Shown here one piece after another: positions 18,255 to 36,306 of a stretch of DNA of 64,000 bases (its first letter is position 1; every line of letters starts with the position of its first letter). Source of the DNA: the human T2T-CHM13v2.0 reference genome, Homo sapiens. Where the stretch lies: assembly GCF_009914755.1 (NCBI RefSeq), contig NC_060925.1; one strand, given 5' to 3'. The notes under the pieces are model-generated. The model did no database searches. It was not told the DNA's origin and saw only the letters and a list, made by a program, of their open reading frames with translations. The position numbers and the translations under genes were made by a program.

Positions 18255-19157
18255 TGACTCTTAATAGGACTATCTTAATGGCATCTAGACATTTAAGAAA
18301 AGAAAACTAGAATTAAATGCAAAAAGCCGGGTGCAGCGGTGCACGCCTGTAGTCCCAGCTACTCGAAAGGCTGAGGCAAGGGGACTACTTGAGCCCAGGC
18401 ATTTGGGCGTTCCGTGTGAGATGATCGTGCCTGTGAATAGCCACAGCACTCCAGCAGGGGCAACGGCAGGGCATGCGGGGTCACGCTTGTAATTCCAGCA
18501 CTTTGGGAGGCCAAGGTGGGAGGACTGCTTGAGCCTAGAAGTTCAAGACCAGCCTGGGCAACATAGTGAGACCGCATCTCTTAAAAAACAACACACAAGT
18601 GTTAAGGCTGACTTGAAAGGACGAGGTTACCTCAACGAATGGGAAGGCACTCCGCAGACAAGAAACCACATGTGAAAAGGTCCACGGCAAAAGAGGCATG
18701 GGCCAGTGGAATATAACCCTAGCAGCAGGAATCTAACACAGCACTTCCTATTCTTCTCCTTGTCTTTCCTTTGTTGAATAGCGTATGCACAGCCCCAAGG
18801 TCCTGAGGCCCTCGCTGTCTTTCCATGGCTAGCAAATATGTATTTACTAAATGGGTCTGGGGGAGCAAATCATCCCTTCATTTTTTGCCCCAATATCCTA
18901 ATCCATAGCAATACAAATAAGCATTATAAAAATCTTAATCTTCTTTGAGTCTTAATAGTACTATCTTAATAGCATCTAGAAATTTAAGCAGAGAAAACTA
19001 GAATTAGATACAAAAAGCTGGGTGCAGTGGTGTGCACATGTAGTCCCAGCTACTTGAAAGGCTGAGGCAAGGGGACTGCTTGAGTCTAGGAGTTTGGGGG
19101 TTCAGTGTGAGATGACCGTGCCTGTGAAAAGCCACAGCACTCCAGCATGGGCAACAC
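18255..19157 (+). repeat. Diverged direct duplication of about 210 bp (unique flank plus FAM-type 7SL-derived monomer), copies at 18255-18466 and 18946-19157
   Basis: Both copies read TGA(C/G)TCTTAATAG..CTATCTTAAT.GCATCTAGA.ATTTAAG..AGAAAACTAGAATTA..CAAAAAGC.GGGTGCAG...GCCTGTGAA.AGCCACAGCACTCCAGCA; offset 691 bp. Confidence 0.88.
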
Positions 19158-19654
19158 AGCAAGACAAACAAGCATTTCCCGTCAAACTGGATTAACAGAT
19201 CAATAACATGAAACATTCTGGGCAGAAAAGAAAGATGACACTCATAGCGAGATCAAGGTTGTCAGGAAGACCTTCCATTACAGAGAATTGAACTAGAGTC
19301 TCAAATCTTAGGCTCGGTGTAATGGCTCACAACTGTAATCCTAGCACTTTGGGAGGCCGAGGCAGGAGAATCACTTGAAGACAGGAGTTCAAGACCACCC
19401 TGAACAACACAGCATGACCCTGTCACTACAAAAATAAACTACCTGGGTGTGGTGGTGTGCACAGGTGGTCCCAGCTACAGGGAGGCTGAGGCAGGAGTGT
19501 CACTTGAGCCCAGGAGTTTGAGGCTGCAGTGAGCTATGAACATACCGCGACATTCAAGCCTGGGCAACAGAGCAAGATCCTGTCTCTAAAAAAATTTCTT
19601 TTAACGTTTTAAAGTTAAAAAAAATAATTATAAAACCCCTTAAATATTAAAAAA

Positions 19655-23310
<3,656 letters not shown>

Positions 23311-23462
23311 AGCAACCTGAGCATAAGACTGCTCTGCAGAATTTAAAAACAATCTTAGACCCTCAAATGTCACGAGCCCTAAATTAAAATCGCACAGATT
23401 AAGAGTACTCAGAGAAAAATTACAGACTCAGAACAAAAAATAGGTATTTGTTAATAACATAC

Positions 23463-23611
23463 CTGGAATTCTTTTTCACCAATAAACATATTTACTTCTA
23501 TTCGTCCAAATTTATATATAGAAGTACAGGAATACAAGTCATATGCGAGTTTCCAAAGTGCCCTTTTCTCACCTCTACTTGGGAACATTCCAACTACTTT
23601 TAAAGGGATGT
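23463..23611 (-). CDS. TFB2M: TFB2M exon 4 (149 nt)
   Basis: TAACAG acceptor and GTATGT donor; DIPLKVVGMFPSRGEKRALWKLAYDLYSCTSIYKFGRIEVNMFIGEKEFQ. Confidence 0.97.
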
Positions 23612-24270
23612 CTGTTAGGAATATAAGCAAAAAGATTTGAATAAAGTTCTTAGCATTTTGTCCTATGTCCATATTTTTTTGAGACAAACTAAGTTAACAA
23701 ACTATATTAATTTCAAGTTTATTTCAATTAAAACTAAGCCTCAATATCTTTCCTTGGCATGGAACTTGGCTTTTGGGGAAATAAACTGGGTACCTGTGTC
23801 CAGGTGAGGTAAATGCCATATTCAGAGTCAGAGCATCTGCTCATAAACTGTATTAATATAATATAAATTATACACAAATTCGGCGGGGTACGGTGGCTCA
23901 CATCTGTAATCCCAGCACTTTGGGAGGTCGAAGCGGGCAGATCACTTGAGGGCTGGAGTTTGAGACCAGCCTGGCCAACATGGTGAAACCCCGTCTCTAC
24001 CAAAAATACAAAAAAATAACCAGGTGTGGTGACACACACTTGTAATCCCAGCTACTAGGGAGGCTGAAGCAGGAGAATCACATGAACCTGGAGGCAGAGG
24101 GTCAGTGAACCAGGATCGCGCCACTGCACTCCAGCCTGGGTGACAGAGTGAGACTCCATCTCAGAAAACAAACAAATAAATAAAACACAAATTTCATCAA
24201 CAAATCAGTTATACTGCTAGAGACACCTGGCAAATTCTAGGTATTTGCTTTAGTAAATTCCAAAAATGAC

Positions 24271-24424
24271 CTGCTGTCCAAGGAACTGCTTCTATTCCCA
24301 AATTCTTAAAGAGCCCTCGAGAAGACATAGCAGGTGGTTTTATTACTCCACCACTTCTAGGATCTAGTTTAAAGAAGTCACAGTGAATCACTCGTAGTTT
24401 TCCATCCAGATTTTTTCCTAAGGA
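24271..24424 (-). CDS. TFB2M: TFB2M exon 3 (154 nt)
   Basis: CTTTAG acceptor and CAG|GTCATT donor; SLGKNLDGKLRVIHCDFFKLDPRSGGVIKPPAMSSRGLFKNLGIEAVPWTA. Confidence 0.96.
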
Positions 24425-24545
24425 CTAAAGAGAGACAAAGATAACACGTTAAAAATTTTCAGCATTAAGTATACTTTGCAGCAATTCAAAAAACTCTACT
24501 TCAAAAAACCATAATAAAATGTAAAAATAAAAATAATTCAATTAC

Positions 24546-24579
<34 letters not shown>

Positions 24580-24581
24580 GA

Positions 24582-24931
<350 letters not shown>

Positions 24932-26489
24932 TTAACAGAGGAAGTAAAAATCAATTAATACCTGAAAAGTGGCAAAAGTACAATATTACCAAGAAAAAGC
25001 CCCCCAAACAGAAATAAACTATCATAAATTTTTCTTTATCTGTTTACTTTTTTTTTTTTTTTTGAGACAAGCTGTCAACCAGGCAGGAGTGCAGTGGCGC
25101 AATCCCAGCTGACTGCAGCCTTGACCTCCTGGGCTTAAGTGATCCTTCCACCTCAGTCCCACAAGCAGCTAGGACTACAGGTGCATACCATCACGCCCCA
25201 CCAATTTTTGGATTTTTTGTAGCAACAGGGTTTTGCCATGTTGCCCAGGTTGGTCTCAAACTCCTGAGCTCAAGAGATCTGCCCACCTTGACCTCCCAAA
25301 GTGCTGGGATTACAGGTGTGAGCCACTGCACCCGGCCCCACTTACTTTCTTTATCATAATGGCTTCAGCTATTCAAAAGCTTTTCACACCACTCCCTGCC
25401 TGCTTAGTAGTGGTTACCTGAAGCACTGGGCAAAGATTCTGACACCATGGTTGGCCTCTTACAGAGAACTGTGAGCCATCTGCTTTGGTCATGGGAAGAA
25501 AAAATGAAAGATGTTTCACAGTAAAGAAAAACAATTAAAATATAAAAGTGAAAGGCAGATGGATTCAAGAGAATATCTTTCTTCTAGGGGAATCTAGTCA
25601 GCTATCCACCAAATAAATGAACTTAGCTCATCTCCATAATTTTCATTTACTTTTTCTAAAGACAGAAGCAACTATACACCTTGTTTGCTGGAAGAGGTCT
25701 AATATATCTCAGTCTTCTCACTGCTCTGATTTGCTCATCTTGCAGTAGTACTAGAGACCTTCATAGTTAGGGCAAGAATCAGTTATAGACTCCATAAACT
25801 TAATTTGAAGTTACAAAAAAAAAATCAGTAAGAAGGCATTATGTTTTTAATGTGTACACTGATGTTTCTGTGCACAGAAAATTCTATTAATATTTATTAA
25901 GGTTGGAAATGATGTAACTTAAAGTTATTAATGCAAACACCTATTTTTTCTTAAGCATTTGTATTCAACCTATATTATCCTATTTCTAAATCTAGTAAAA
26001 TACTTTTTCTTCTTATTTTTTATTGAGATGAGTCTCACTATGTCCCCAGGCTGGTCTCCAACTCCTGGCCTTAAGTGATGCTCCTGTCTCAGCCTCCTAA
26101 GTGTCTGGGATTACAGGTGTGTGATACCGTGTCCAGCTCAAAATGTAGTAAATTTTGGCCGGGTGCAGTGGCTCACACGTGTAATACCAGCACTTTGGGA
26201 GGCCAAAGAGGGCGGATCACACAAGGTCAGGAGTTTGAGATGAGCACGGCCAACATGGTGAAACCCTGTCTCTACTAAAAATACAAAAGTAAGCCAGGGG
26301 TGGTGGCACACCCCTGTAACTCCAGCTATTGGGGAGGTGAAGTGGGAGAAATCGCTTGAACCCAGGAGGCAGGGGTTGCAGAGAGCTGAGATTGCACCAC
26401 TGCACTCTAGTCAGGGTGACAGAGTGAGACTCCATCTCCAAAGTAAATAAACAAACAAATCTAGTACATTTTAACAATCACTTTCAAGG

Positions 26490-26860
26490 GGAAGTTTTAA
26501 AAAGACTAGAGGAAGGGAAAGACTGGGGGTGGAAATCATACACATTTGGTCACATTAATTTCGAGATGCCTACTATGTGATCTAGGTAGAGGTGCCAGGT
26601 AGGAAGTTGCAGACCTGAATAAGGTGCTCAGTGGAGTGGTCCAGTCTGACGATATAAATGTGTGGGAATTTGGCTTGTTGAAGGTAATTTAAGTCAGGGG
26701 TCTACACTAGGGAGAAACAGAGGACTAGCCCTGAAGGTAGAGTATGTCCAAAGTCTAATGACAAGAAACTGAGAATACAACTAAGGAGGAAAACCAGAAG
26801 AGTGTGGTGTCATGGAAGCTAAAAGAAAGAGTACCTACCTAATGCATACGATTGTCAGTC
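26490..26860 (-). mobile_element. L2 fragment
   Basis: Purine-rich diverged sequence with L2-like motifs (TTTGGTCACATTAATTTCGAGATGCC, GATATAAATGTG, GTGGTGTCATGGAAGC). Confidence 0.55.
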
Positions 26861-26871
26861 AACACGCATGG

Positions 26872-27097
26872 CAAGGCTGTCTAACCTGTGGCCTGAGGGC
26901 TGCATACAGCCCAGGACGGCTTTGAATGTGGCCCAACACACATTTGTCATCTTTCTTAAAACATTATGAGATGTATGCATGGACTTTTTTTTTTTTTAAG
27001 CTCATCAGCCACTGTTCTTATTACTGTATTTTATGTATGGCCCAGACAGTTGATGTTTCAGGGTGGCCTAGGCAAACCAAAAGATTGGACACCCCTG
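26872..27097. mobile_element. MER30 hAT MITE
   Basis: GCCCAGGACGGCTTTGAATGTGGCCCAACAC and the terminal CCAAAAGATTGGACACCCCTG. Confidence 0.8.
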
Positions 27098-27165
27098 ATA
27101 TAGCATTAACATAATCTTTCAAGTTATCAAAAAGGCAGTTTAATCTTTGTAATTAAGGAAAGCTA

Positions 27166-27411
<246 letters not shown>

Positions 27412-28356
27412 TCAAAAAAGAAAAAGAAAATGTATAAACAATGAACACTTTATGGCTTCAATACACTTGTATGTTCTGAGAGGGCACCATACATTCTTGC
27501 TTTAGCACTTGTCAGTTAACACTCAACAATTCAAACATGATAATAATCAAAGCTTCAGGATAAATAATTCAATTCATACAACAGATCACATTTAAAAATT
27601 CAACTGGATTGCATTAGGATTCAAAAACAGAATGGGAAAAAACAGAGAAAAGGCAAGTAACCCTTGAGTTTTTACTAGTCATTAAGTTAGGTACTTAAGT
27701 TAGTCATTAAGTTTGTCTCATTTACTGGGTGCAGTGGGTCAAGCCTGTAATCCTAGCACTTTGGAGGCTGAGGCGGGCGGATCACGAGGTCAGGAGTTCC
27801 AGACCAGTCTGGCCAACATGGTAAAACCACGTCTCTACTAAAAATACAAAAAATTCGTCGGTCGTGGTGGCGGTCACCTGTAATCCCAGCTCTCACCACT
27901 GAAACTCCTTTCAGTTTTCAGGAACAAACTTTAGGTGGCCAGAAGCATTATCCGCTAAGCGCAGCACTTTAAGTCCCTGACTTAGAGCCACAAGAGTTCT
28001 GCTTACCTATTGTTACTTCTCTTTTCACTCTGGCAAACAGATTAATTCACACAAAATTTTATTTGAATGGCTTTTCAATTTATCATAACAATGGTTACTA
28101 AAAAGTGAGAGAATATGTACTAAGGGTTGAGTACAAGTCAGTGCTAGTAGAAAATAAGAGCCTTAATAGAGAAAAAACTAGTTCTAATCAAAGACTGGAT
28201 TTAGTCAATGATGTTTATATTTTTAGCTGACATTTATAGCTTCAGAAACATTTTGTTATTGATATTCCTATCATAATTATTGTTTCAAAAATTCTCTAGT
28301 CCCTAACCTTCCTTTTTTCATTAAACAATTGTTTTAAAATTAAACTGTTATCTTGA

Positions 28357-28577
<221 letters not shown>

Positions 28578-29324
28578 TGAACTCCTGACCTCAAGTGATC
28601 TGCCCGCCTTGGCCTCCCAAAGTGCTGGGATTACAGGCATGGGCCTCGGTCCTCAGCCTTGAAGATCTTATAGAAAAAAGCAACTACTGTGTTACAGAAT
28701 AACAAACTTTAAATAGAAACAAAGACATTTTAATACAATCTTAATTACTTTGTGAATATGTAGATTAACCTTTAAATATAGGCTTTTTTTTTTCCTCAAA
28801 TCAGGATAAAAGTTATCTTCTCATTTTTAATTTCCAAGTTGAAACTACAGACGACTATGTTTACTGAATCACATTTCAGGATCTTAAATCTTCGGACAAT
28901 TATGTGTTTTTTCTTCACATTTTTGGAACTCCCTCAGATTTAACATCAATTAAATAACCTAGCTAAAACCTTGAACTCTTTTCAAAACAGTAAGTGGTAG
29001 AATAACAATAATTTCATACTCATAGTTTTAAAAGAATTAAACAACTGGATTTGACAGACATTTTCACAATTTTTTGTTGTCATGCAATTTTGGATACAGC
29101 CATTCTGCATGGTTTCACAAAGTTGGCATAGAGAAATATAAGTTTCCTAAGTTGAAACGGAAGATTATAAAAGAGGGAAGGAGAATGAGAGTAAGAGACT
29201 GGTTAAAGACCCAAAGGATTTCCACTTCTTCATTGTTACGTAAATGTGTCTGCTTTTTAAGAAGCACAATCACTGAAAAATCTATTTGGATGATGCCTTC
29301 ACTCTATGCAACTGTATCTGACTA

Positions 29325-30816
<1,492 letters not shown>

Positions 30817-31235
30817 TATGCCAACCTTTCTTGCCTTTCAAACCCTAAATATAGAGGTTACACAGATCCATTAACCTAATATTAGCACTTATTCCAATTA
30901 GATTCCAAGCTCACAGAAGAAAGGAGCACAGCGCAGCTTAGTAGAAATGGGGAAACAAGCCTAGGGATGCCAGTTATACGCTTTGTTCAAAGTCACCCAA
31001 CTAGGCTGTAGCCGACCTAGAACTAGCAAACAAGTCTTAGAACTCCTCATGTTTCAGCCATTCAACAGCACTGAATATTAACTGTGTTCTAGTCTTTGGG
31101 AATAAACAAGATATTTCAGAGATGGCTCCCTAAAAGATATTCTATTTAAAACACTGTGTGCTTAATTCCATTTCCTTAAACCACTCACAGATAGTTGAAC
31201 AAACAATAACATACGTTGAGAAACTAAAAATATAC

Positions 31236-31324
31236 CTCCAAATGTGGAATAAAAGTTTTGTCACTTTCGAGCGCAACCACTTTGGCACCAGCTTCAAGTA
31301 ATGCCTGAGTCAGGATTCCAGGAC
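31236..31324 (-). CDS. TFB2M: TFB2M exon 2 (89 nt)
   Basis: TGCCAG acceptor and GTATAT donor; (G)PGILTQALLEAGAKVVALESDKTFIPHLE completes the methyltransferase-fold motif LECNPGPG. Confidence 0.96.
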
Positions 31325-31450
31325 CTGGCACATTAACAGAACGAAAAGTTTATTTGTACAAGAAACATAATCTCTTTCAATACCAAACTTTCATTAGATG
31401 TTTCACACGTTATTACCTGGTTTTTAAATCTGACAGCATCCGCAAAGTAG

Positions 31451-31827
<377 letters not shown>

Positions 31828-32384
31828 TGAAAGTGCTGGATTACAGGCGTGAGCCACCGCACCAGGTCAAAACTTGCACTCTTCATCACCATGATTCACT
31901 ACCTCTTAGAAGAAAAAAGTCACAGCAAAATAGATTGCCTCTAGCCTATCACTTCCTCACGGACTACACGGATGCTTTAACCATCAAAGAGATTGTCAAG
32001 CCTAAACAGAACTGACTCCCTGTGATATGAAATGGTGCTTTAAAAAACTATCATTCAAAAAGCCTATAAATCTTGTGTTCTTAGCATCCTGCTATGGTCT
32101 ATAGGGAATGCACGGAAGAATAAGATAACATCATTTTTTCAGCTGGCAGAGGCTTGCAACTCTTTTGGGGAGATAAGATCTAAGAGCATGTTTTATCAAA
32201 ATATTGTGTAAAGTGCAAGCTGCTACAGAAATACTTTGTGGTGTCATTAACGATACAGACTCTACGCTTATGTAGTGGGCAATCTCTCCAACTAAGGAGC
32301 TTCAAACAAAGACCCGTATCTGGACGGGCGCAGTGGCTCACGCCTCTAATCCCAGCATTTTGGGAGACCTAGGGGGGAGGATCA

Positions 32385-32711
<327 letters not shown>

Positions 32712-32715
32712 TCAC

Positions 32716-33028
32716 CTGGATTGCACTCCAGCAGTAGGTGTGGAGGTCTACTTGGTTTTCCCAAATAGATTTGCGCCAGGGTCTCAGCCAATCTCCGATC
32801 GGTTACGTAACGCTTAAAGTCTAAGCTGGCCTTAGACGCCTTCCTTGGCGGATTCCTGAAATCCGGTTCGGGCCACAGCTGCGGAGAGGAGTCAGAGAGC
32901 CCACAGTGGTTCCTCGCCGGCAAATGCTTTCGCGTCGCCGCTTCAGACCCTAAAATGCAAAAGCGACCAGCGCCCGCCAAGGCGGAGAGCCTCAGCCGCC
33001 GAGGAAGCCCGACCACTGGGATCCACAT
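32716..33028 (-). CDS. TFB2M: TFB2M exon 1 coding part (313 nt): mitochondrial transcription factor B2 (rRNA dimethyladenosine transferase family), with N-terminal presequence
   Basis: ATG 33028 gives MWIPVVGLPRRLRLSALAGAGRFCILG...; donor CAG|GTGAGT; eight exons total 1191 nt = 396 aa. Confidence 0.98.
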
Positions 33029-33073
33029 GTCCTTGTCTCTCAGGCCCGCTCCAAGAATCACCTAGTGCAGCTA

Positions 33074-33112
33074 CTACAGTGAACCCCACGCAGGGTATCC
33101 CACGTGGAACAT
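33074..33112 (-). other. uORF in the TFB2M leader (MFHVGYPAWGSL*)
   Basis: AAAATG at 33112, TAG at 33074-33076; same frame as the main ATG. It is only in the mRNA if the TSS lies upstream of 33112. Confidence 0.55.
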
Positions 33113-33210
33113 TTTCTGGCGTCCGGGCCAGGTCAAGCGGAAGTAAACACTAGAGCCTGCGCATGCGAACAGCGGAGCCTTCCTGCTTTTCTCCCTCACT
33201 TCCGCTTCCG
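33101..33210. promoter_or_regulatory. Mitochondrial-biogenesis motif cluster: E-box CACGTG (33101-33106), ETS/GABP GCGGAAGT (33137-33144), NRF-1 TGCGCATGCGAA (33158-33169), tandem ACTTCCGCTTCCG (33198-33210)
   Basis: Direct motif matches; NRF-1 and NRF-2(GABP) control of TFB2M is established. Confidence 0.85.
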
Positions 33211-33339
33211 CCTCGGCTCAGCCGCCCGAGGATTGTGAGTGGACCGTTGAGGAGAGCGACCGACCATCCGGCTGGTGTCCGGACTCGTACTCTATGGTTG
33301 TCCGCGCTCTGCGCTTCCTCTCTAGCCGCCAGTGCTCTA

Positions 33340-33553
33340 TGCTCCGCGGTCGCGGGCCGCCAGCCTCCAGCCGGCCAGCCGCGAGGGGTGCGCAGAGGGA
33401 GGCGGGGCGGAAAGGCGAGAGGTGTCTCCTCCACCGGAGCCAGGGGAGACCCGAGCAAGCTCCGTGACAGCACGTCGGCCGCCATGTCGCCGAGTGGGGC
33501 TGGAAACAGACCCGGCGCCCAGCGGTAGCCCTCCTTGCGCCTCCGATTCCCAG
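33340..33553 (+). other. CNST: CNST non-coding exon 1 (start approximate)
   Basis: Inside the CpG island; donor CAG|GTGAGG at 33553/33554; the first CNST coding exon downstream has an acceptor and needs an upstream exon. Confidence 0.7.
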
Positions 33554-34892
33554 GTGAGGAGAGGAGGAGCGGGATGCAGGGGACCCGCCGGCTCGCGGCC
33601 GGGATGGAAAGCCTTTCGGAAGCCTCTCGCTCCTCCCCCTGCGCTGTCCTCCTCCAGCCGCGCAGCCTCTGCCCTCCCGGTGAGGTGTAGCCCGGTCCCC
33701 TTACCTCCTCCGCCTCTCAGGTCGCCTGTTTTCCTCTCCTTTCTCAGCTACTGTGGGTCTCCTATTGCTGCGCGTCGCGCCAATTTCTCCCTCCCTAGGG
33801 GACTAGCGCCAGAAGTCGTTCCTCACCCGGCTCCTGGAGGAGCCTGCGGCTTCCACGGTCTCCGTTCCTTTCTGTTGTGTGGCCCACAGCCCGCTCTCCC
33901 CACCCTCGTGGATGGTTTTCATTTCCCCCCCACACCTGGTCCCCCCCATCACTACCACTTTGGTTGTCAAGAACCGCGTGGTGTCTCCCTTCCATTCCTC
34001 TCTCTGGGCCAATATTTTCCTTAATTTTTTCAGTTTGTGTGTTTAAAAGACTTAAAGTTAAGATTAAAAATGAAGATGTAAAAGCTTACAATTCCTTTCT
34101 AAGCTTAAAAAGATTAAGACTTTAGGATGCTTACTGTATTCCTTATGTAAACTTAGTCAAACACATCGTACTGTGGAATGCGATTTAAAAGACCCAATTT
34201 TGAAGACTAAAAATAGGATGCTGTAATGGAAATTTTGGCAGTCTTTTTTTTTTTACCTATTGGGCAATGTTAGAAGACACGGTTCTTTGAGAGTGTTTTC
34301 CGTGTTTCAGGATCAAACTTAGAGTTTTTACCCATTATCCTTACCACCAAGGCAAGAAACGGCAGCCAATCAACTCCGTGTCTTAGAATACGTACAATCC
34401 TTTCTGCTTACTCTACTGAGAGTGTAATTGAGTTTGGCATTTAAATGCACGAGGAAAAGGTTCCTAAGGAATGTATCACCCAGCAAATAGTCTGAAGATT
34501 ATACTCATCTGATGAAGCTCAAGCGGATAAAGAATTGACAACTAAATATGACCTTTTGTGTATTATAAATTTGTTAGGACATCATAGAAAATATCTCATC
34601 AACTGTTGTGCAAACTGTGGGGACTCACTCATTGGTCTTAATTTGCTTAAATTCTTTTTTCGTACAGTTTTCTCACTGACAATTTTCTAGAGGTGACTTT
34701 GCATCCTCTGAACCTCTCTCCATTACTGAGCTGCCTCCCCCTCTCCCCTTAAAAAACATTTTCATAGATTCAGAAATACACTTTTTTCCCCCTCCAGGAC
34801 CTGGAGTCCTAAATATTTTTAAATCAGATAAAATAGAATTATGTCTTCATGGTTCACTCATAGAAATGTGTCGTTGAATTTCTGACTTTTTA

Positions 34893-35021
<129 letters not shown>

Positions 35022-35651
35022 TTAAAAAAAAAGAAAGAAAGAAAAAGAGAAAAAGAAAAATAAACACATTGTGGTTAAAAACAAAACAGTTATTTTAAAA
35101 TGCACTGTCTTATTTCATAATGTTTGTGGACCAAAGTTAGCCTACTGAGTCCTAGAAAAACTGATGTCATTTTTTATTTTGCTTTTGAGTGTTATTATTT
35201 TCTCTTGGTTTTGGGAAAGAGAATTACATTATAATATTCCCTTTTTACAGTGTTGATGGTTCACTTGTTTGTAATTGAAGGTACTTGAATAATAAGAGAT
35301 TTTTGTACATCTTATTTTTTTTCTGAGGTCCCAGGTGCTGAGAATGTTGATTTCACCTTAAAGATGAACTTTATGATCAGGATTTAGACATACTTTATTA
35401 GAAAAACTTGATTAGTGTGCAGTATTTCCCATCTTTTTTCTTAAGAAGTGTGGTTTTCTATCCTATGCTGTTTTTGCCTTTTTGAAGTAATTTTGAGATG
35501 GAGTCTACTCTGTCGCCTAGGCTGGTGCCATCTCGGTTCACTGCAACCTCCGCTTTTCGGGTTCAAGCAGTTTCTCCTGCTTCAGCCTCCCGAGTAGCTG
35601 GGATTACAGGCTCCTGCTACTATGTCCAGCTAATTTTTGTATTTTTAGTAG

Positions 35652-35939
<288 letters not shown>

Positions 35940-36009
35940 TGACAACTGTAATTGGGAAATGCCAAGTGATAGTCCTTGCTTGCTGTTAGAATTAAGGCTG
36001 TAGGTCTGT

Positions 36010-36306
36010 AGCAGCAGTCTTCAATAGAAATACAATGCAAGCCATATAAGTAATTTAAAATTTTCTAGTAGTGGTATTAAGAAAGTAAAAAGAAACAGGT
36101 AAAATTTTAGTAGTATATTTTATTTAATCTTATATATGTTATTTTAACATGAAATCAATTTTTAAAATGAGATATTTTACATTATTTGATACTAAATCTA
36201 TAAAATCTGGTATTTTATACTTACAGCACATCTCAGTTTGGAGAAGCCACATTTCAAGTGCTCAACAGTCACATGTAGCTAAATGTTACCTTACTGAGCA
36301 GCACAA
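36010..36306. mobile_element. MER33-type hAT-Charlie MITE
   Basis: CAATAGAAATACAATGCAAGCCATAT..TTTTCTAGTAG..GCCACATTTCAAGTGCTCAA. Confidence 0.72.

Larger units (their letters stand above)
32750..33990. promoter_or_regulatory. CpG island / bidirectional promoter of TFB2M and CNST
   Basis: GC- and CpG-rich stretch in an otherwise AT/Alu-rich window, spanning both first exons. Confidence 0.92.

Noticed and set aside
33029-33061. 11-aa N-terminal extension of TFB2M in the ORF track
   Set aside because: It starts at GTG; the 396-aa protein starts at ATG 33028.
33150-34125. Long ORFs of 111-230 aa in the CpG island
   Set aside because: Stop-poor GC-rich DNA with Arg/Pro/Ala bias; some cross the CNST exon 1 donor; no recognisable domain.
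34505-34545. CTGATGA as a hammerhead core or snoRNA C box
   Set aside because: No stem II followed by GAAA, and no convincing D box with terminal stem.
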